NCBI GenBank assembly: GCA_963719085.1
Contig: CAVRAL010000001.1
Span: forward strand, 192,001 to 256,000
DNA length: 64,000 nt
Reading direction: 5' to 3'
DNA from: a candidate division FCPU426 bacterium
GTDB taxonomy: Bacteria; Oederibacteriota; Muellerivitia; Muellerivitales; Muellerivitaceae
A program made the position numbers and the translations under genes. Every line of letters begins with the position of its first letter. Positions within the stretch are counted from its first letter, which is position 1. Shown here in pieces: positions 1 to 9,429 of this stretch. The notes under the pieces were generated by a model. That model made no database searches and was not told the origin of the DNA. It worked only from the letters and a program-made list of their open reading frames with translations.

Positions 1-8
1 GGGGCCCC

Positions 9-530
9 GTGCCCGAAAGCTACTGGTTGACCAAGGTCTTCATTTTTGATTTTGATTGGGTGGTGCGGGAAGCGGAACTGGCCCGCCACGCCATGCCGGA
101 CCAGGCGCAAGCCCATTCCAGCCTGGAAGGCCTCAAAGAAACCTTTCGGATGCTTCGCGGGTTTGAGGTGCGCCTGGCCATGACCTCCAACTTCACCCAA
201 AAACAAGTGGTTGAAAAGCTCCACAACTTAAACCTGGCGGAAGATTTTGACTGTATCCGCTGCGCGGAAGAACTGCCCTCGCTCAAGCCCAATCCGGATT
301 TAAATTTCAACGTGATGGAAACGCTGGGTATCCGGGCCATCAAGGCCATCGCTTTTGAAACCAGCCCCGAAGGCATCGAGGCCGCCCGCAAGGCCGATGT
401 TTTTTGCGTGGTTCCGCCTTCGCTTCAAGGGCGTGGCGATTACGTTTTGAACTCGGTCACCGAGGAGCATTTGATCGGTCTTCTGGAAAAGATGGACCTT
501 CAAAAGCGGAAAATTTTGTCCCTCATTTGA
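9..530 (+). CDS. HAD-superfamily hydrolase (beta-phosphoglucomutase/CbbY-like), divergent
   Basis: FIFDFD motif I, TSN motif II, KPNPD motif III, AFETSPEGIEAARKA resembling motif IV (EDSxxG, D replaced by T). The start is near the window edge and uncertain. Confidence 0.7.
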   Translation: MPESYWLTKVFIFDFDWVVREAELARHAMPDQAQAHSSLEGLKETFRMLRGFEVRLAMTSNFTQKQVVEKLHNLNLAEDFDCIRCAEELPSLKPNPDLNFNVMETLGIRAIKAIAFETSPEGIEAARKADVFCVVPPSLQGRGDYVLNSVTEEHLIGLLEKMDLQKRKILSLI

Positions 531-540
531 CAAGTGGCGA

Positions 541-1377
541 TTAGGGATAAGCCGCCATTGAGGCTTTCATGAAAGCCTCGATCGTCGGGCGGTAAGTTTC
601 GGCCACTGATGGGAAATCCAGATGGTCGATGCCCTTCAACACGATGAACTGTTTCGGCTCCGCCGCTTCCGCGAAAACCTTCCGGCCCAAGGCGATGGGG
701 ATCACCGTGTCGTTCTCGGCGTGAAAATCCAATAAGGGACAAGTCCGCTGGGCCACATATTTTTCCGTCTCGAACTTATCCTGGATCATAAAGGGAAAAA
801 CCAACAGCCAGGGAAAGCGGGTCCGGGACACGGCGTAAATCGAGGGGAAGGCGCCTTCCAAAAAAAGCCCAGCGGGATGGGTGTGGGTCGCTAGTTGCGC
901 GGCCACCGAAGAGCCCAGTGAATGGCCCCAGATAAAAACATGGTTTTCGGGATAGCCCTTGGCCAGCACCCATTGGCAGGCCGCCAAGGCGTCCCTATCG
1001 ACAGCCGCCTCGCTGAGGGGCGCTTTTTCACTATCCCCATAGCTTCGGTAATCAAACAAAAGCGCGTCGAATCCATAACTGTAAAAAATCTTGGTGACCT
1101 TGGCCAAAAGCGAAAGCGTCGCGGCGTTACCGTGGCAATAGACCAAAACCGGTTGATGGGCGGAGGGATGGGGATGGTGGACCCACCAACCATTGAGGGT
1201 GACCCCATCGGAGGTCACGAAACTCACGTTTTCATAGGGCTGGTTGTATTTCATCGGCGTAGTGACGTGGTCCAGGGGTCGTGGGACAAAGACCAGCTGT
1301 TTTTGCCGGAGGGCGAAGGCCGCCACGATGGTCAGGTAAGCGCAAAGAATGGGGAGTAGGACGCGTTTCATGGGCAC
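541..1377 (-). CDS. Alpha/beta hydrolase (ABHD12/13/17-like) with N-terminal membrane anchor
   Basis: HGNA oxyanion motif, DYRSYG, GHSLG nucleophile elbow, D (ENDTVIP) and H (GIDH) of the triad. Confidence 0.9.
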   Translation of the reverse strand: MPMKRVLLPILCAYLTIVAAFALRQKQLVFVPRPLDHVTTPMKYNQPYENVSFVTSDGVTLNGWWVHHPHPSAHQPVLVYCHGNAATLSLLAKVTKIFYSYGFDALLFDYRSYGDSEKAPLSEAAVDRDALAACQWVLAKGYPENHVFIWGHSLGSSVAAQLATHTHPAGLFLEGAFPSIYAVSRTRFPWLLVFPFMIQDKFETEKYVAQRTCPLLDFHAENDTVIPIALGRKVFAEAAEPKQFIVLKGIDHLDFPSVAETYRPTIEAFMKASMAAYP

Positions 1378-1525
1378 CTCGGGAAGTTGATTGGGCCAAA
1401 GTGTAGCAAAAACCCCGGAAGGATGAACCCCTTAAACGAGTGAGTTTTAAGGGGAAGATTTCGAAACCTCCGGGGTCTGGATTTGATATTGAGAGTGATT
1501 GCATTTCATCCGGCGGGGGATTAGC

Positions 1526-1927
1526 TTGAAGCCCATGTTATTAAAGTCCTTTTGCGTCCTATTGACGGTTGGGTTTTTGGCCCTTGCGCCTTGTCTGCCG
1601 CCGGCGCCGATGGAGGGAGTTCAAAAAACCGATTTAAGTTCCGCATGCCCGATGAAGGGCCTTTGCGGCATGACTTGCTGTTGTTCGGCCAAACAAAAGT
1701 CTTCGCTTTGCGGCGGGTCCTTGCCGGAGGGGCTTTACGCGGCGGGTTGTGTGCCCCTGAACGGCAAGGGGCTCTTTTTTTCCAGTCCTACGGCCAAGTG
1801 GGTACCCGCCCGTTTTGCCTGGATTTTCCGGGGGATTTCTTTGAACCCCATGGTTGTTTCCAATTCGTTGCCTTCACTTCAAACTGAACCCATCTCGCCA
1901 CCACCCCGGATTTCACTCCTTTCTTGA
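1526..1927 (+). CDS. Cys-rich secreted/leader-type small protein (DUF2946/CruR-like architecture)
   Basis: Hydrophobic N-terminus, CPMKGLCGMTCCC cluster, C-terminal SPPPR; lies directly upstream of a Cys-motif barrel gene. Start uncertain (1499/1526/1535). Confidence 0.6.
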   Translation: MKPMLLKSFCVLLTVGFLALAPCLPPAPMEGVQKTDLSSACPMKGLCGMTCCCSAKQKSSLCGGSLPEGLYAAGCVPLNGKGLFFSSPTAKWVPARFAWIFRGISLNPMVVSNSLPSLQTEPISPPPRISLLS

Positions 1928-1985
1928 AATTTCTTGGCGATCCGCTTCCCGTGGACGCAAATTTCGATTTTAAAAGGAGATTCAA

Positions 1986-2969
1986 ATGTTCCGATTATTC
2001 TTTCGTTTATTTTCATGTTTGTTTCTTGCCCTGACAACCGGGGCTCAAGCCTGCTCGGTCTGCGGCTGCGGGGATCCGATGCAATCCTCGGCGAACGCCC
2101 ATCCTTTGGAAGGCGCGGTTCGGCTGGACTTTGAGACGATTTACCTGACCGCCAGCGCCCAAAGCGATGACGATGCCACGCAGACCGAGGCGGTGCGGCA
2201 GGTCAATCTCAATACCACGCTGAATTACAGTCCCACCAACGATATGACCTTGACCTTGATGCTGCCCTTGGTGGAAAAATATTGGACGCTTTCCGCGGGA
2301 GACGCGCCCGCGGTGCCGGGGGGCGCGCTGGCGGATACGGGGACGCCCTTTGGCATCGGCGACATCATGGTGGGGGCCCGGTACTTTTTTTGGCAGGATA
2401 CGGACTTCAAGACGAAGCAGCATCAAGCCTTGGCGATTTCGGCGGGAACTTACCTTCCGACGGGACCCACCAATATCAATTCGGGCATTACGGGAGGCCC
2501 CATCGATACCCACGCGCAATTGGGTACGGGAGCTTTCGGGTTTTATGGGGGGCTTCTTTACAACCATGTTTGGGATGACCTGACGATCAGCGCCAATTTC
2601 AACGTGGTGGCCCATACGAAAGCCCTGACCAGCGATTCGACCAGCGCGGTATGGGATTACACCTTTGGTACTTCTTATACCGGAGGCATTTCGGGCCAAT
2701 ATCACTTGGAAGATGATCTGGGAATTTCCCTGGCGGTGGAAGCCCGTTATGCCACCGCGGATACGGAGGCCAATGACAGCCAGACCGCGATCATCACCGC
2801 CCCCAACACGGGCGGAACGGTCCTGGACCTGTCCCCGGGTTTTTCCTGGAACATCTCGGGCGACTCGGTTCTTTACGCCAAGGTTCAAGTGCCGGTTTAC
2901 ACCAGCCTTTTTGGCGTACAGGAAATCGATCCGACTTACTTATTGGGAACCCAGTTTTTAATTAAATAA
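1986..2969 (+). CDS. Outer-membrane beta-barrel transporter-like protein with N-terminal CSVCGC motif (putative metal uptake)
   Basis: Signal peptide ending AQA then CSVCGCG; GIGDI and QLGTG motifs typical of MetA-pathway/SphA-like barrels; amphipathic strands; near-terminal Phe; SD AAAGGAG at 1973-1979. Confidence 0.7.
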   Translation: MFRLFFRLFSCLFLALTTGAQACSVCGCGDPMQSSANAHPLEGAVRLDFETIYLTASAQSDDDATQTEAVRQVNLNTTLNYSPTNDMTLTLMLPLVEKYWTLSAGDAPAVPGGALADTGTPFGIGDIMVGARYFFWQDTDFKTKQHQALAISAGTYLPTGPTNINSGITGGPIDTHAQLGTGAFGFYGGLLYNHVWDDLTISANFNVVAHTKALTSDSTSAVWDYTFGTSYTGGISGQYHLEDDLGISLAVEARYATADTEANDSQTAIITAPNTGGTVLDLSPGFSWNISGDSVLYAKVQVPVYTSLFGVQEIDPTYLLGTQFLIK

Positions 2970-2994
2970 GTTCCAGTTTCTTTAATGGCCGTTT

Positions 2995-3034
2995 AAAACC
3001 GCCTGGGAATAGTTCCCGGGCGGTTTTATTTTTT
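2995..3034 (+). terminator. Rho-independent terminator
   Basis: aaaaccgcctgggaa-tag-ttcccgggcggtttt hairpin followed by a T-tract. Confidence 0.8.
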
Positions 3035-3077
3035 GTTATATTTTGCCGTCGTTACTTTTTAGGAGGCTTTTACGCCC

Positions 3078-4313
3078 ATGGCCCGATCCAAAGCTTCAAC
3101 ACCCCCCTCCCGGCACGCTTTGGCTTTCATCTTTATCACCGTTGTGTTGGACATGCTGGCCCTGGGCGTCATTATTCCCATCCTGCCGAATTTGGTGGTG
3201 AGTTTGATGGCCGGCGACAACGTGAAGGGTGCTTTAATGGTCGGGCTCTTCGGCACGGTTTTCGCCCTGATGCAATTTATTTTTTCCCCCATTCTTGGGT
3301 CTTTGTCCGATCGTTTTGGCCGCCGTCCGGTGATTCTTATTTCGAATTTTGGGATGGGATTGGATTATGGGGTGATGGCCCTGGCCCCCACGGTTCGATG
3401 GTTGTTTTTGGGCCGGGTTATTTCCGGTATCACGGCTTCCAGCGTAGGGACGGCCTTCGCTTATATCGCGGATTCCACCACGCCCAAAACCCGAGCCGCC
3501 GGGTTCGGCGTCTTGGGCGCGGCCTTTAGCATTGGATTCGTGGTGGGGCCGGGAGTGGGCGGATGGCTGGGGGATATCAGCCCACGCCTGCCCTTTTGGG
3601 TGGCGGCGGGGCTTAGCTTATTGAACTTTCTTTATGGTTATTTCGTGCTTCCGGAATCGCTCAAACTATCCCGGCGCGCTCCCTTCAGCTGGAAAAAGGC
3701 CAATCCCGTTGGGTCCTTGAAGCTGCTCAAGTCCCATTCCGAATTGTTCCGGTTGGCCCTTATTTATTTCATCAACAACCTGGCCCACGGGGTTTTGACC
3801 AGCGTGTTCGTGCTTTACGGGGGTTACCGCTATCACTGGAGCGAGAAGATGATCGGGTTCACCTTGATGCTGGTGGGAATCTCAACCGGCATCGTCCAAG
3901 GCGGCTTGATACGCCCCGTCGTCAAAAAGTTCGGGGAAAGGCGCTCGCTTTTCGCCGGGTTGGGTTTTGGTTTAGCCGGATTCGCCTTGTTTGGTTGGGC
4001 GCCCACGGGTTGGATTTTCTGGTGCGCCATTCCCTTGATGGCGCTCTGGGGTTTGGCGGGTTCACCGCTTCAAAGCCTGATGTCCAAGCGGGTAAGCCAT
4101 TCCCAGCAGGGCCAATTGCAGGGAGCCAACGGCAGTATCCGGGCTATCGCTGAACTGGCCGCGCCCTTTATTTTCACGGGCATCTACGCTTATTTCATCG
4201 GCCCCGCGCAAGCGCGGCCAATGCCGGGCGCGCCCTTTTACCTGGCGGCGCTTTTTATGGTCGTCGCCGGGTTGATGGCTTGGCAGGCGGGAAATAGACT
4301 AAGCCGGACCTGA
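3078..4313 (+). CDS. MFS efflux transporter, DHA1/TetA-like family
   Basis: LDMLALGVIIPILP, motif A GSLSDRFGRRPV, GRVISGI, GFVVGPGVGG, LPES, QGQLQG; about 12 TM segments. Confidence 0.9.
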   Translation: MARSKASTPPSRHALAFIFITVVLDMLALGVIIPILPNLVVSLMAGDNVKGALMVGLFGTVFALMQFIFSPILGSLSDRFGRRPVILISNFGMGLDYGVMALAPTVRWLFLGRVISGITASSVGTAFAYIADSTTPKTRAAGFGVLGAAFSIGFVVGPGVGGWLGDISPRLPFWVAAGLSLLNFLYGYFVLPESLKLSRRAPFSWKKANPVGSLKLLKSHSELFRLALIYFINNLAHGVLTSVFVLYGGYRYHWSEKMIGFTLMLVGISTGIVQGGLIRPVVKKFGERRSLFAGLGFGLAGFALFGWAPTGWIFWCAIPLMALWGLAGSPLQSLMSKRVSHSQQGQLQGANGSIRAIAELAAPFIFTGIYAYFIGPAQARPMPGAPFYLAALFMVVAGLMAWQAGNRLSRT

Positions 4314-4367
4314 TAGGGTTTTCGAAAGCCTACTGATAATGGGTCGACTTATTTAAAGGAGCGGTTT

Positions 4368-4613
4368 ATGCACCAACTCATCTGGGATTTAATCGTAGGA
4401 GCCATCATCGGCTGGTTGGCGGGAATCATCGTTCAGGGCGCGGGGATGGGCATCCTGACCAATATCGTGGTGGGGATTTTGGGCGCCATTTTGGGCGGCT
4501 ATCTTTCCGGTTTTCTTCACGTCAATATCTCGGGTTTTTGGAGCGCCTTGGGTATGTCGGTTTTGGGCGCGGTGATTCTATTGGTTCTGCTTCGGTTGAT
4601 CCGGTCGAAATAA
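4368..4613 (+). CDS. GlsB/YeaQ/YmgE (transglycosylase-associated) membrane protein
   Basis: IVGAIIGWLA...NIVVGILGAILGG...SVLGAVILL pattern, 81 aa, SD AAGGAG. Confidence 0.9.
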   Translation: MHQLIWDLIVGAIIGWLAGIIVQGAGMGILTNIVVGILGAILGGYLSGFLHVNISGFWSALGMSVLGAVILLVLLRLIRSK

Positions 4614-4623
4614 GGCAAGCGGA

Positions 4624-5754
4624 ATGCCCTTGGTTTATCCCGCGAAGGCTTACGCCGCCGATGGCGGGGGCGGCGCGCGCGATTGCAAGCTCACCCTGGG
4701 CTCTTCCAGCCTGAACGCCGAGACCGAGGACGGCCTTTCGTTCCAATGGGGTTACCGCGATATTCAGCCGAGCCAAACCGGGGAAGACGGCGGGTATCTT
4801 CTCCTAAAGTACTCGGGCAGGGCGCCGGCTTTTGACGGAAGCCTTATCGTCCAAGATGAGGAATTTCGGTCGGCCCTAGCCGAAAAAATGGATGAACCGC
4901 AAAAAAAATTCCTTCTTCGCTTTTCGAAACAACATAAACAAATCCTGTTCACGAAATGGCGCAATTTAATCCTAGCGGGTTTGGGTTTGGTCTTTTTTCT
5001 GGTGGGCGGCTATTGGGCCTTGGGCCATTGGGCGGCGGATTTCGCGGCCAAGCACTTGCCGATCCCCGCTGAAGTGGCCTGGGGGGAAATCCAAGCCCAG
5101 GCCGAATTGGCCCAGCAAAAAGCCGTCACCGAAGGGCCCGTGGTGGACGCGGCGCGGACCATCCTGAAACGGTTGGCCGCGGCGGTTCCGAATAATCCGG
5201 GTTATCCTTTCGAGATTCATGTGATCGAAGACCCCGAAGTGAACGCCTTCGCGCTTCCCGGCGGACAGATCTTTCTTTTGACGGGCTTGGTCAAAAAGGC
5301 CCAAAGTCCCGAGGAAGTGGCGGGGGTTTTGGCCCACGAGATGCAGCATGTGCTGCACCGGCATGTGGTGCGCCGCACGGTTCAGGAGATGGGTTTGCGG
5401 CTTTGGATCACGGTTTTGTTCGGACACGGGGCTTATTCCACTCTGGCCCAACAAGCGGGGAAGGTTCTTAATTTATCCTTTAGCCGGGGGCAGGAATCCG
5501 AAGCGGATCTGGATGGGGCGAGGCTTTTGGCCCGAGCGAACCTTCCTATCAAGCCGTTGGAAGTTTTTTTCTCAAGATTGGCCCAGGAACAAGGCGCCGC
5601 GGGCGGCAAGGCCATGGCTTTTATTTCCGATCATCCGGCGAGCCTGGATCGGGTACAGGCTTTGGAGGACCTAGCTAGAACAATTGAGCCCAAAAACCCG
5701 CAGGGTTTTCCGGCCATTGATTGGAAACAGGTTCAGGATTCGTTAAAAAAATAA
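4624..5754 (+). CDS. M48 family zinc metallopeptidase
   Basis: VNAFALPGG, VLAHEMQH (HExxH), FSRGQESEAD, SDHP; one TM segment. Confidence 0.92.
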   Translation: MPLVYPAKAYAADGGGGARDCKLTLGSSSLNAETEDGLSFQWGYRDIQPSQTGEDGGYLLLKYSGRAPAFDGSLIVQDEEFRSALAEKMDEPQKKFLLRFSKQHKQILFTKWRNLILAGLGLVFFLVGGYWALGHWAADFAAKHLPIPAEVAWGEIQAQAELAQQKAVTEGPVVDAARTILKRLAAAVPNNPGYPFEIHVIEDPEVNAFALPGGQIFLLTGLVKKAQSPEEVAGVLAHEMQHVLHRHVVRRTVQEMGLRLWITVLFGHGAYSTLAQQAGKVLNLSFSRGQESEADLDGARLLARANLPIKPLEVFFSRLAQEQGAAGGKAMAFISDHPASLDRVQALEDLARTIEPKNPQGFPAIDWKQVQDSLKK

Positions 5755-5763
5755 AAGCAAAGG

Positions 5764-5862
5764 CATTTTTCAATGATTCGCGCGGATAAACGCGGATTCT
5801 ACTGAAAAGAGGAGACGCGGATATTTTTAATCAGCGTTCATCCGCTTTTATCAATGTAAATG
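5764..5862. repeat. Palindromic tandem-unit element, CGCGGAT type (copy 1)
   Basis: Left arm cgcggataaacgcggat and right arm atcagcgttcatccgc are inverted; homologous in opposite orientation to 61932-62049. Confidence 0.7.
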
Positions 5863-5902
5863 ATTGTCGTTGCTTTTTTTAAAGTCATGATAAGGAGACC
5901 TC

Positions 5903-7399
5903 ATGTCTAAACTGATTTTAGCGATTGACCAAGGCACCACGGGGACCCGCACCTATCTTTTGGATCACGCGGGCAAGGTGGTGGGGAGCGCTTACCAGGA
6001 ATTCACCCAGTATTTTCCCAAGCCCGGATGGGTTGAGCATGACGCCGCTGAAATTTGGCGAACCGTGGAAGCCACCGGTAAAAAGGCGCTTAAGGCGGCG
6101 GGGGTAAAACCCTCGTCGGTGGCCGCCATCGGCATCACGAACCAACGAGAAACCACGGTTCTTTGGGACCGGAAAACCGGAAAGCCCATCCACAAGGCCA
6201 TTGTCTGGCAATGCCGCCGTACGGCGCACCGCTGTGATGAATTGAAAGCCCAAGGAAAAGAAAAACTATTTTTAAACAAAACCGGGCTGGTCCTCGACGC
6301 TTACTTTTCAGGAACCAAGGTTGAATGGCTTTTGAAAAATGTTCCGGGCGCGGCCAAAAAGGCCGCCAAGGGGGAATTGGCTTTCGGCACCATTGATAGC
6401 TGGCTGCTTTGGAACCTGACCGGTGGAAAAATTCACGCCACGGACTATACCAACGCTTCCCGAACCCTTCTTTTTAACATCAAAACCAAACAATGGGACC
6501 CGGCGCTTTTAAAAGCGCTTCACGTTCCCGCTTCACTCTTGCCCAAGGCCCTGGCTTCGGCCAGCTGGTTCGGAAAAACTTCGGCTAAAAGTTTTTTAGG
6601 CGCGGGCATCCCCATCACCGGCATCGCCGGGGACCAACAGGCGGCCCTCTTCGGGCAAGGGTGCCATGAGCCTGGAACCCTCAAGAATACCTATGGCACC
6701 GGCTGTTTCTTGCTTTTGAACTTGGGCCACAAATTTTTGATCTCCAAAAATAAGCTTTTGACCACCTTGGGTTGCGATGGAAAAGGCCGGCCGGTTTATG
6801 TGTTGGAGGGCGCGGTTTTTATCGGCGGGGCGGCCATTCAATGGATTCGGGATGGATTGAAACTGATTAAAACCTCGGCGGAATCCGAAAGGGTGGCGGC
6901 TCAGGTGCCGGGTACGGATGGAGTTTATCTGGTTCCGGCCTTTGTGGGCTTAGGCGCGCCCTATTGGGACGGCCATGCCCGGGGCGCTTTGGTGGGACTC
7001 ACGCGGGGAACGAAAAGGGAACATGTGGTCCGGGCCGCGCTGGAATCGATGGCTTACCAAAGCCGGGATTTGGTGGACGCCATGCTCAAGGATTCCCGTT
7101 TAAAGCTCAGGGAATTACGGGTGGATGGCGGGGCCTGCCGGAATAATTTACTGATGCAGTTCCAGGCGGACATCCTAAAGGTGAGGATCAACCGCCCCAA
7201 GGGCGTGGAAACCACGGCCATGGGCGCCGCTTATTTAGCGGGCCTTCAAATCGGCTATTGGAAAAACAGCGCCCAGATCCAAAAGATCCGCCGGGTGGAT
7301 CGGGTCTTTAGCCCCAAGATGAAAGAAGATACCCGCAAGCGTTTGTGGGCGGGATGGAAGCGCGCGGTGGAGCAAGTTTTGACGAAAATGCCGTCCTGA
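5903..7399 (+). CDS. glpK: Glycerol kinase
   Basis: AIDQGTTGTR, GITNQRET, WQCRR, YFSGTK, GDQQAALFG, KNTYGTGCF, VDGG. Confidence 0.97.
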   Translation: MSKLILAIDQGTTGTRTYLLDHAGKVVGSAYQEFTQYFPKPGWVEHDAAEIWRTVEATGKKALKAAGVKPSSVAAIGITNQRETTVLWDRKTGKPIHKAIVWQCRRTAHRCDELKAQGKEKLFLNKTGLVLDAYFSGTKVEWLLKNVPGAAKKAAKGELAFGTIDSWLLWNLTGGKIHATDYTNASRTLLFNIKTKQWDPALLKALHVPASLLPKALASASWFGKTSAKSFLGAGIPITGIAGDQQAALFGQGCHEPGTLKNTYGTGCFLLLNLGHKFLISKNKLLTTLGCDGKGRPVYVLEGAVFIGGAAIQWIRDGLKLIKTSAESERVAAQVPGTDGVYLVPAFVGLGAPYWDGHARGALVGLTRGTKREHVVRAALESMAYQSRDLVDAMLKDSRLKLRELRVDGGACRNNLLMQFQADILKVRINRPKGVETTAMGAAYLAGLQIGYWKNSAQIQKIRRVDRVFSPKMKEDTRKRLWAGWKRAVEQVLTKMPS

Positions 7400-7431
7400 T
7401 ATTTTAAAATAGGTTTATTTGGGGAGAAATT

Positions 7432-8580
7432 ATGAAAAGTAAATTAACGTACGGCGGTTTTTGGGTCAGACTCCTCGCTTGGACGCTCGATCTTATTATT
7501 CTTATGGTTCTTTTGCTTGTCCCGATGATCGTTTTTAGCGTCGCGCTTTCGGTTGTCAGTGTCCGAGGCGGAAATTTTTCTCCGGCACAATGTCAAACAA
7601 TCGGTTTTTGGTTCGGCTTATTCGCGATGATTCTATTGAAATGGCTCTATTTCACGATTATGGAATCGTCGCGTTTACAAGCCACAATGGGTAAAAAAAT
7701 TCTTCATTTGAAGGTGACGGACATTAGAGGGAAGCGAATTAGTTTTGGACGGGCCAATGCCCGCTATTGGTCCAAAATGCTTTCGACGTTATTTTTTTCA
7801 ACGGGTTTTGTCATGATCGGAGTTTCACAATTGAAACAGGGGCTTCATGACAGAATAGCGAAGACCTTTGTGGTTCGGACTGAGCCGGGGGAAAGCGAGG
7901 AATCATCGGTTGACGAAGGGAACGCGGCGAGTAAAGATTATTTGGAAAAAATCACGCCAACCGCCTTTTTTGAGGTTTGGTTTCATCCTCGTAAAGTGGT
8001 TCGAACCATTATCGCGACCCGGCCAGGCTATTGTGTTTGGGCGTTCATTCTTACCTACGCGGTTCTTCAAGCTTTTCTTCCCGAGGATTACGTTTCTTTT
8101 TTAGGCCAAATGCCCCTGGGCATTACCGTTCTTATCGGAATCCTGTTCTCGCTGCTTTTGGATGTGACGGCGTTTGTCGTTCTGGGCGGGCTTACTTATC
8201 AGTTGGGGAAATGGCTTGGTGGAAAAGGAAGTTGGGAAGATATGGAGGTAGCCTATGCCTGGGCCTATCCACCGGCCTTAATCGGAATCCTCTTTATGCA
8301 ATCCCGGGGCCTTCCGGTTTGGTTCCAAATGATCGCGGGTGAAACCGACAGTAGAGCCTTGTTATTACAACCGCATCAGTGGTGGCAAATCTTATTTCAA
8401 GGCATTTCGGCCATTCTCACGGGTTGGACCATCCTCTTATGGATTATTAATATTTCTGAGGCCCATAAGTTATCCATCCCGCGATCGATCGGAATTGTCG
8501 TTTTGGTTTTTATTCCGATCGTTTTATTGACCATTGGTTTCGCGGTGTTCATCGCTTCGCGTGATTTTTCGGGGCACTAG
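7432..8580 (+). CDS. RDD-family domain fused to a Yip1-like membrane domain
   Basis: YGGFWVRLLAWTLD, QATMGK, KQGLHDRIAKTFVV (RDD); VWFHPRKV...LGGKG...NISEAHKLS (Yip1-like). Confidence 0.8.
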   Translation: MKSKLTYGGFWVRLLAWTLDLIILMVLLLVPMIVFSVALSVVSVRGGNFSPAQCQTIGFWFGLFAMILLKWLYFTIMESSRLQATMGKKILHLKVTDIRGKRISFGRANARYWSKMLSTLFFSTGFVMIGVSQLKQGLHDRIAKTFVVRTEPGESEESSVDEGNAASKDYLEKITPTAFFEVWFHPRKVVRTIIATRPGYCVWAFILTYAVLQAFLPEDYVSFLGQMPLGITVLIGILFSLLLDVTAFVVLGGLTYQLGKWLGGKGSWEDMEVAYAWAYPPALIGILFMQSRGLPVWFQMIAGETDSRALLLQPHQWWQILFQGISAILTGWTILLWIINISEAHKLSIPRSIGIVVLVFIPIVLLTIGFAVFIASRDFSGH

Positions 8581-8609
8581 GCGAAAAGAATCGATAAGGA
8601 GAATTTTCA

Positions 8610-9329
8610 TTGAAAGATTTCTTCCCCTTGACGGTCCTACTCATTTTTCTTCCTTCGGCGCTATTGGCCCAAAGTATCACCCCGGTTTTGCCTCAGCCAA
8701 TATCCGCGCCCCTTTTCCTGAGACCGGCCGACAAAACTCCTTTGGACGCGCTCAATAGTCCGGCGGTTCCGGATCAGGGGTTCGATGGAAACCCGCTGGG
8801 AGCCGATGAGGCGATTGACGCTCCCCCGGCGGATATCCTGAACCAACTGTCAGAACCTCATCTTTTTGAGAGCATCAAAGCGGCCAAGAAAAAAGAGGCG
8901 GGAATCAACCAAATCCATTGGCACGCCAGTGATGATTTGAACTATGGCCACTTCCGGGATAAGGAAGGGAACAACTGGTACGGCTGGAGCGATGGCCAGG
9001 CCTTTCATTGGATCCTGGCGTTGGGAAACCGCTACTGGTGGCACGATGACTTCGCCGGGCATTGGCTTTATTTCGCGAAAAACCATTGGTGGAGGGCCGA
9101 TGGCCAATCCGCCAATCAAATTCAAGTCATTATCGACGGGGAATATTACCTTTGCCAAAGGGATGGAACCATTGTCAAGGACATGGGTCAGGATGGGAAC
9201 GGTCAAATTCTCAGCGGCAGTGGGCGTTACCAGGGGGATTTTCGCGGAGGCCACGGCGGTCATGCCGGTGGACATGGTGGTGGGCATTCCGCGAATGGCT
9301 CGAGCGGAGCGGGGACGTCAGGCCAATAG
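8610..9329 (+). CDS. Secreted hypothetical protein with Trp/aromatic-rich central region and Gly/His tail
   Basis: Signal peptide (ALLA-Q); WYGW, FHW, YWWHD, HWLYF, HWWR; SD AAGGAG upstream. Confidence 0.6.
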   Translation: MKDFFPLTVLLIFLPSALLAQSITPVLPQPISAPLFLRPADKTPLDALNSPAVPDQGFDGNPLGADEAIDAPPADILNQLSEPHLFESIKAAKKKEAGINQIHWHASDDLNYGHFRDKEGNNWYGWSDGQAFHWILALGNRYWWHDDFAGHWLYFAKNHWWRADGQSANQIQVIIDGEYYLCQRDGTIVKDMGQDGNGQILSGSGRYQGDFRGGHGGHAGGHGGGHSANGSSGAGTSGQ

Positions 9330-9429
9330 ATCAAAATGATAAAATTTTGATGGCCGGACGGCGGGTTTATTTGTTCTTTAAAAAACCAGGGTACCTTAAG
9401 ATGCAGGTTCAATCCATTCAAGGACTGCC

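Noticed and set aside
9..530. HAD pseudo-enzyme as a novel finding
   Set aside because: The DxD motif is retained and the gene may be truncated by the window edge, so the evidence is too weak.
3078..4313. Acquired tetracycline resistance gene tetA
   Set aside because: There is no tetR or mobile context. The family resemblance does not establish substrate, so no symbol was given.
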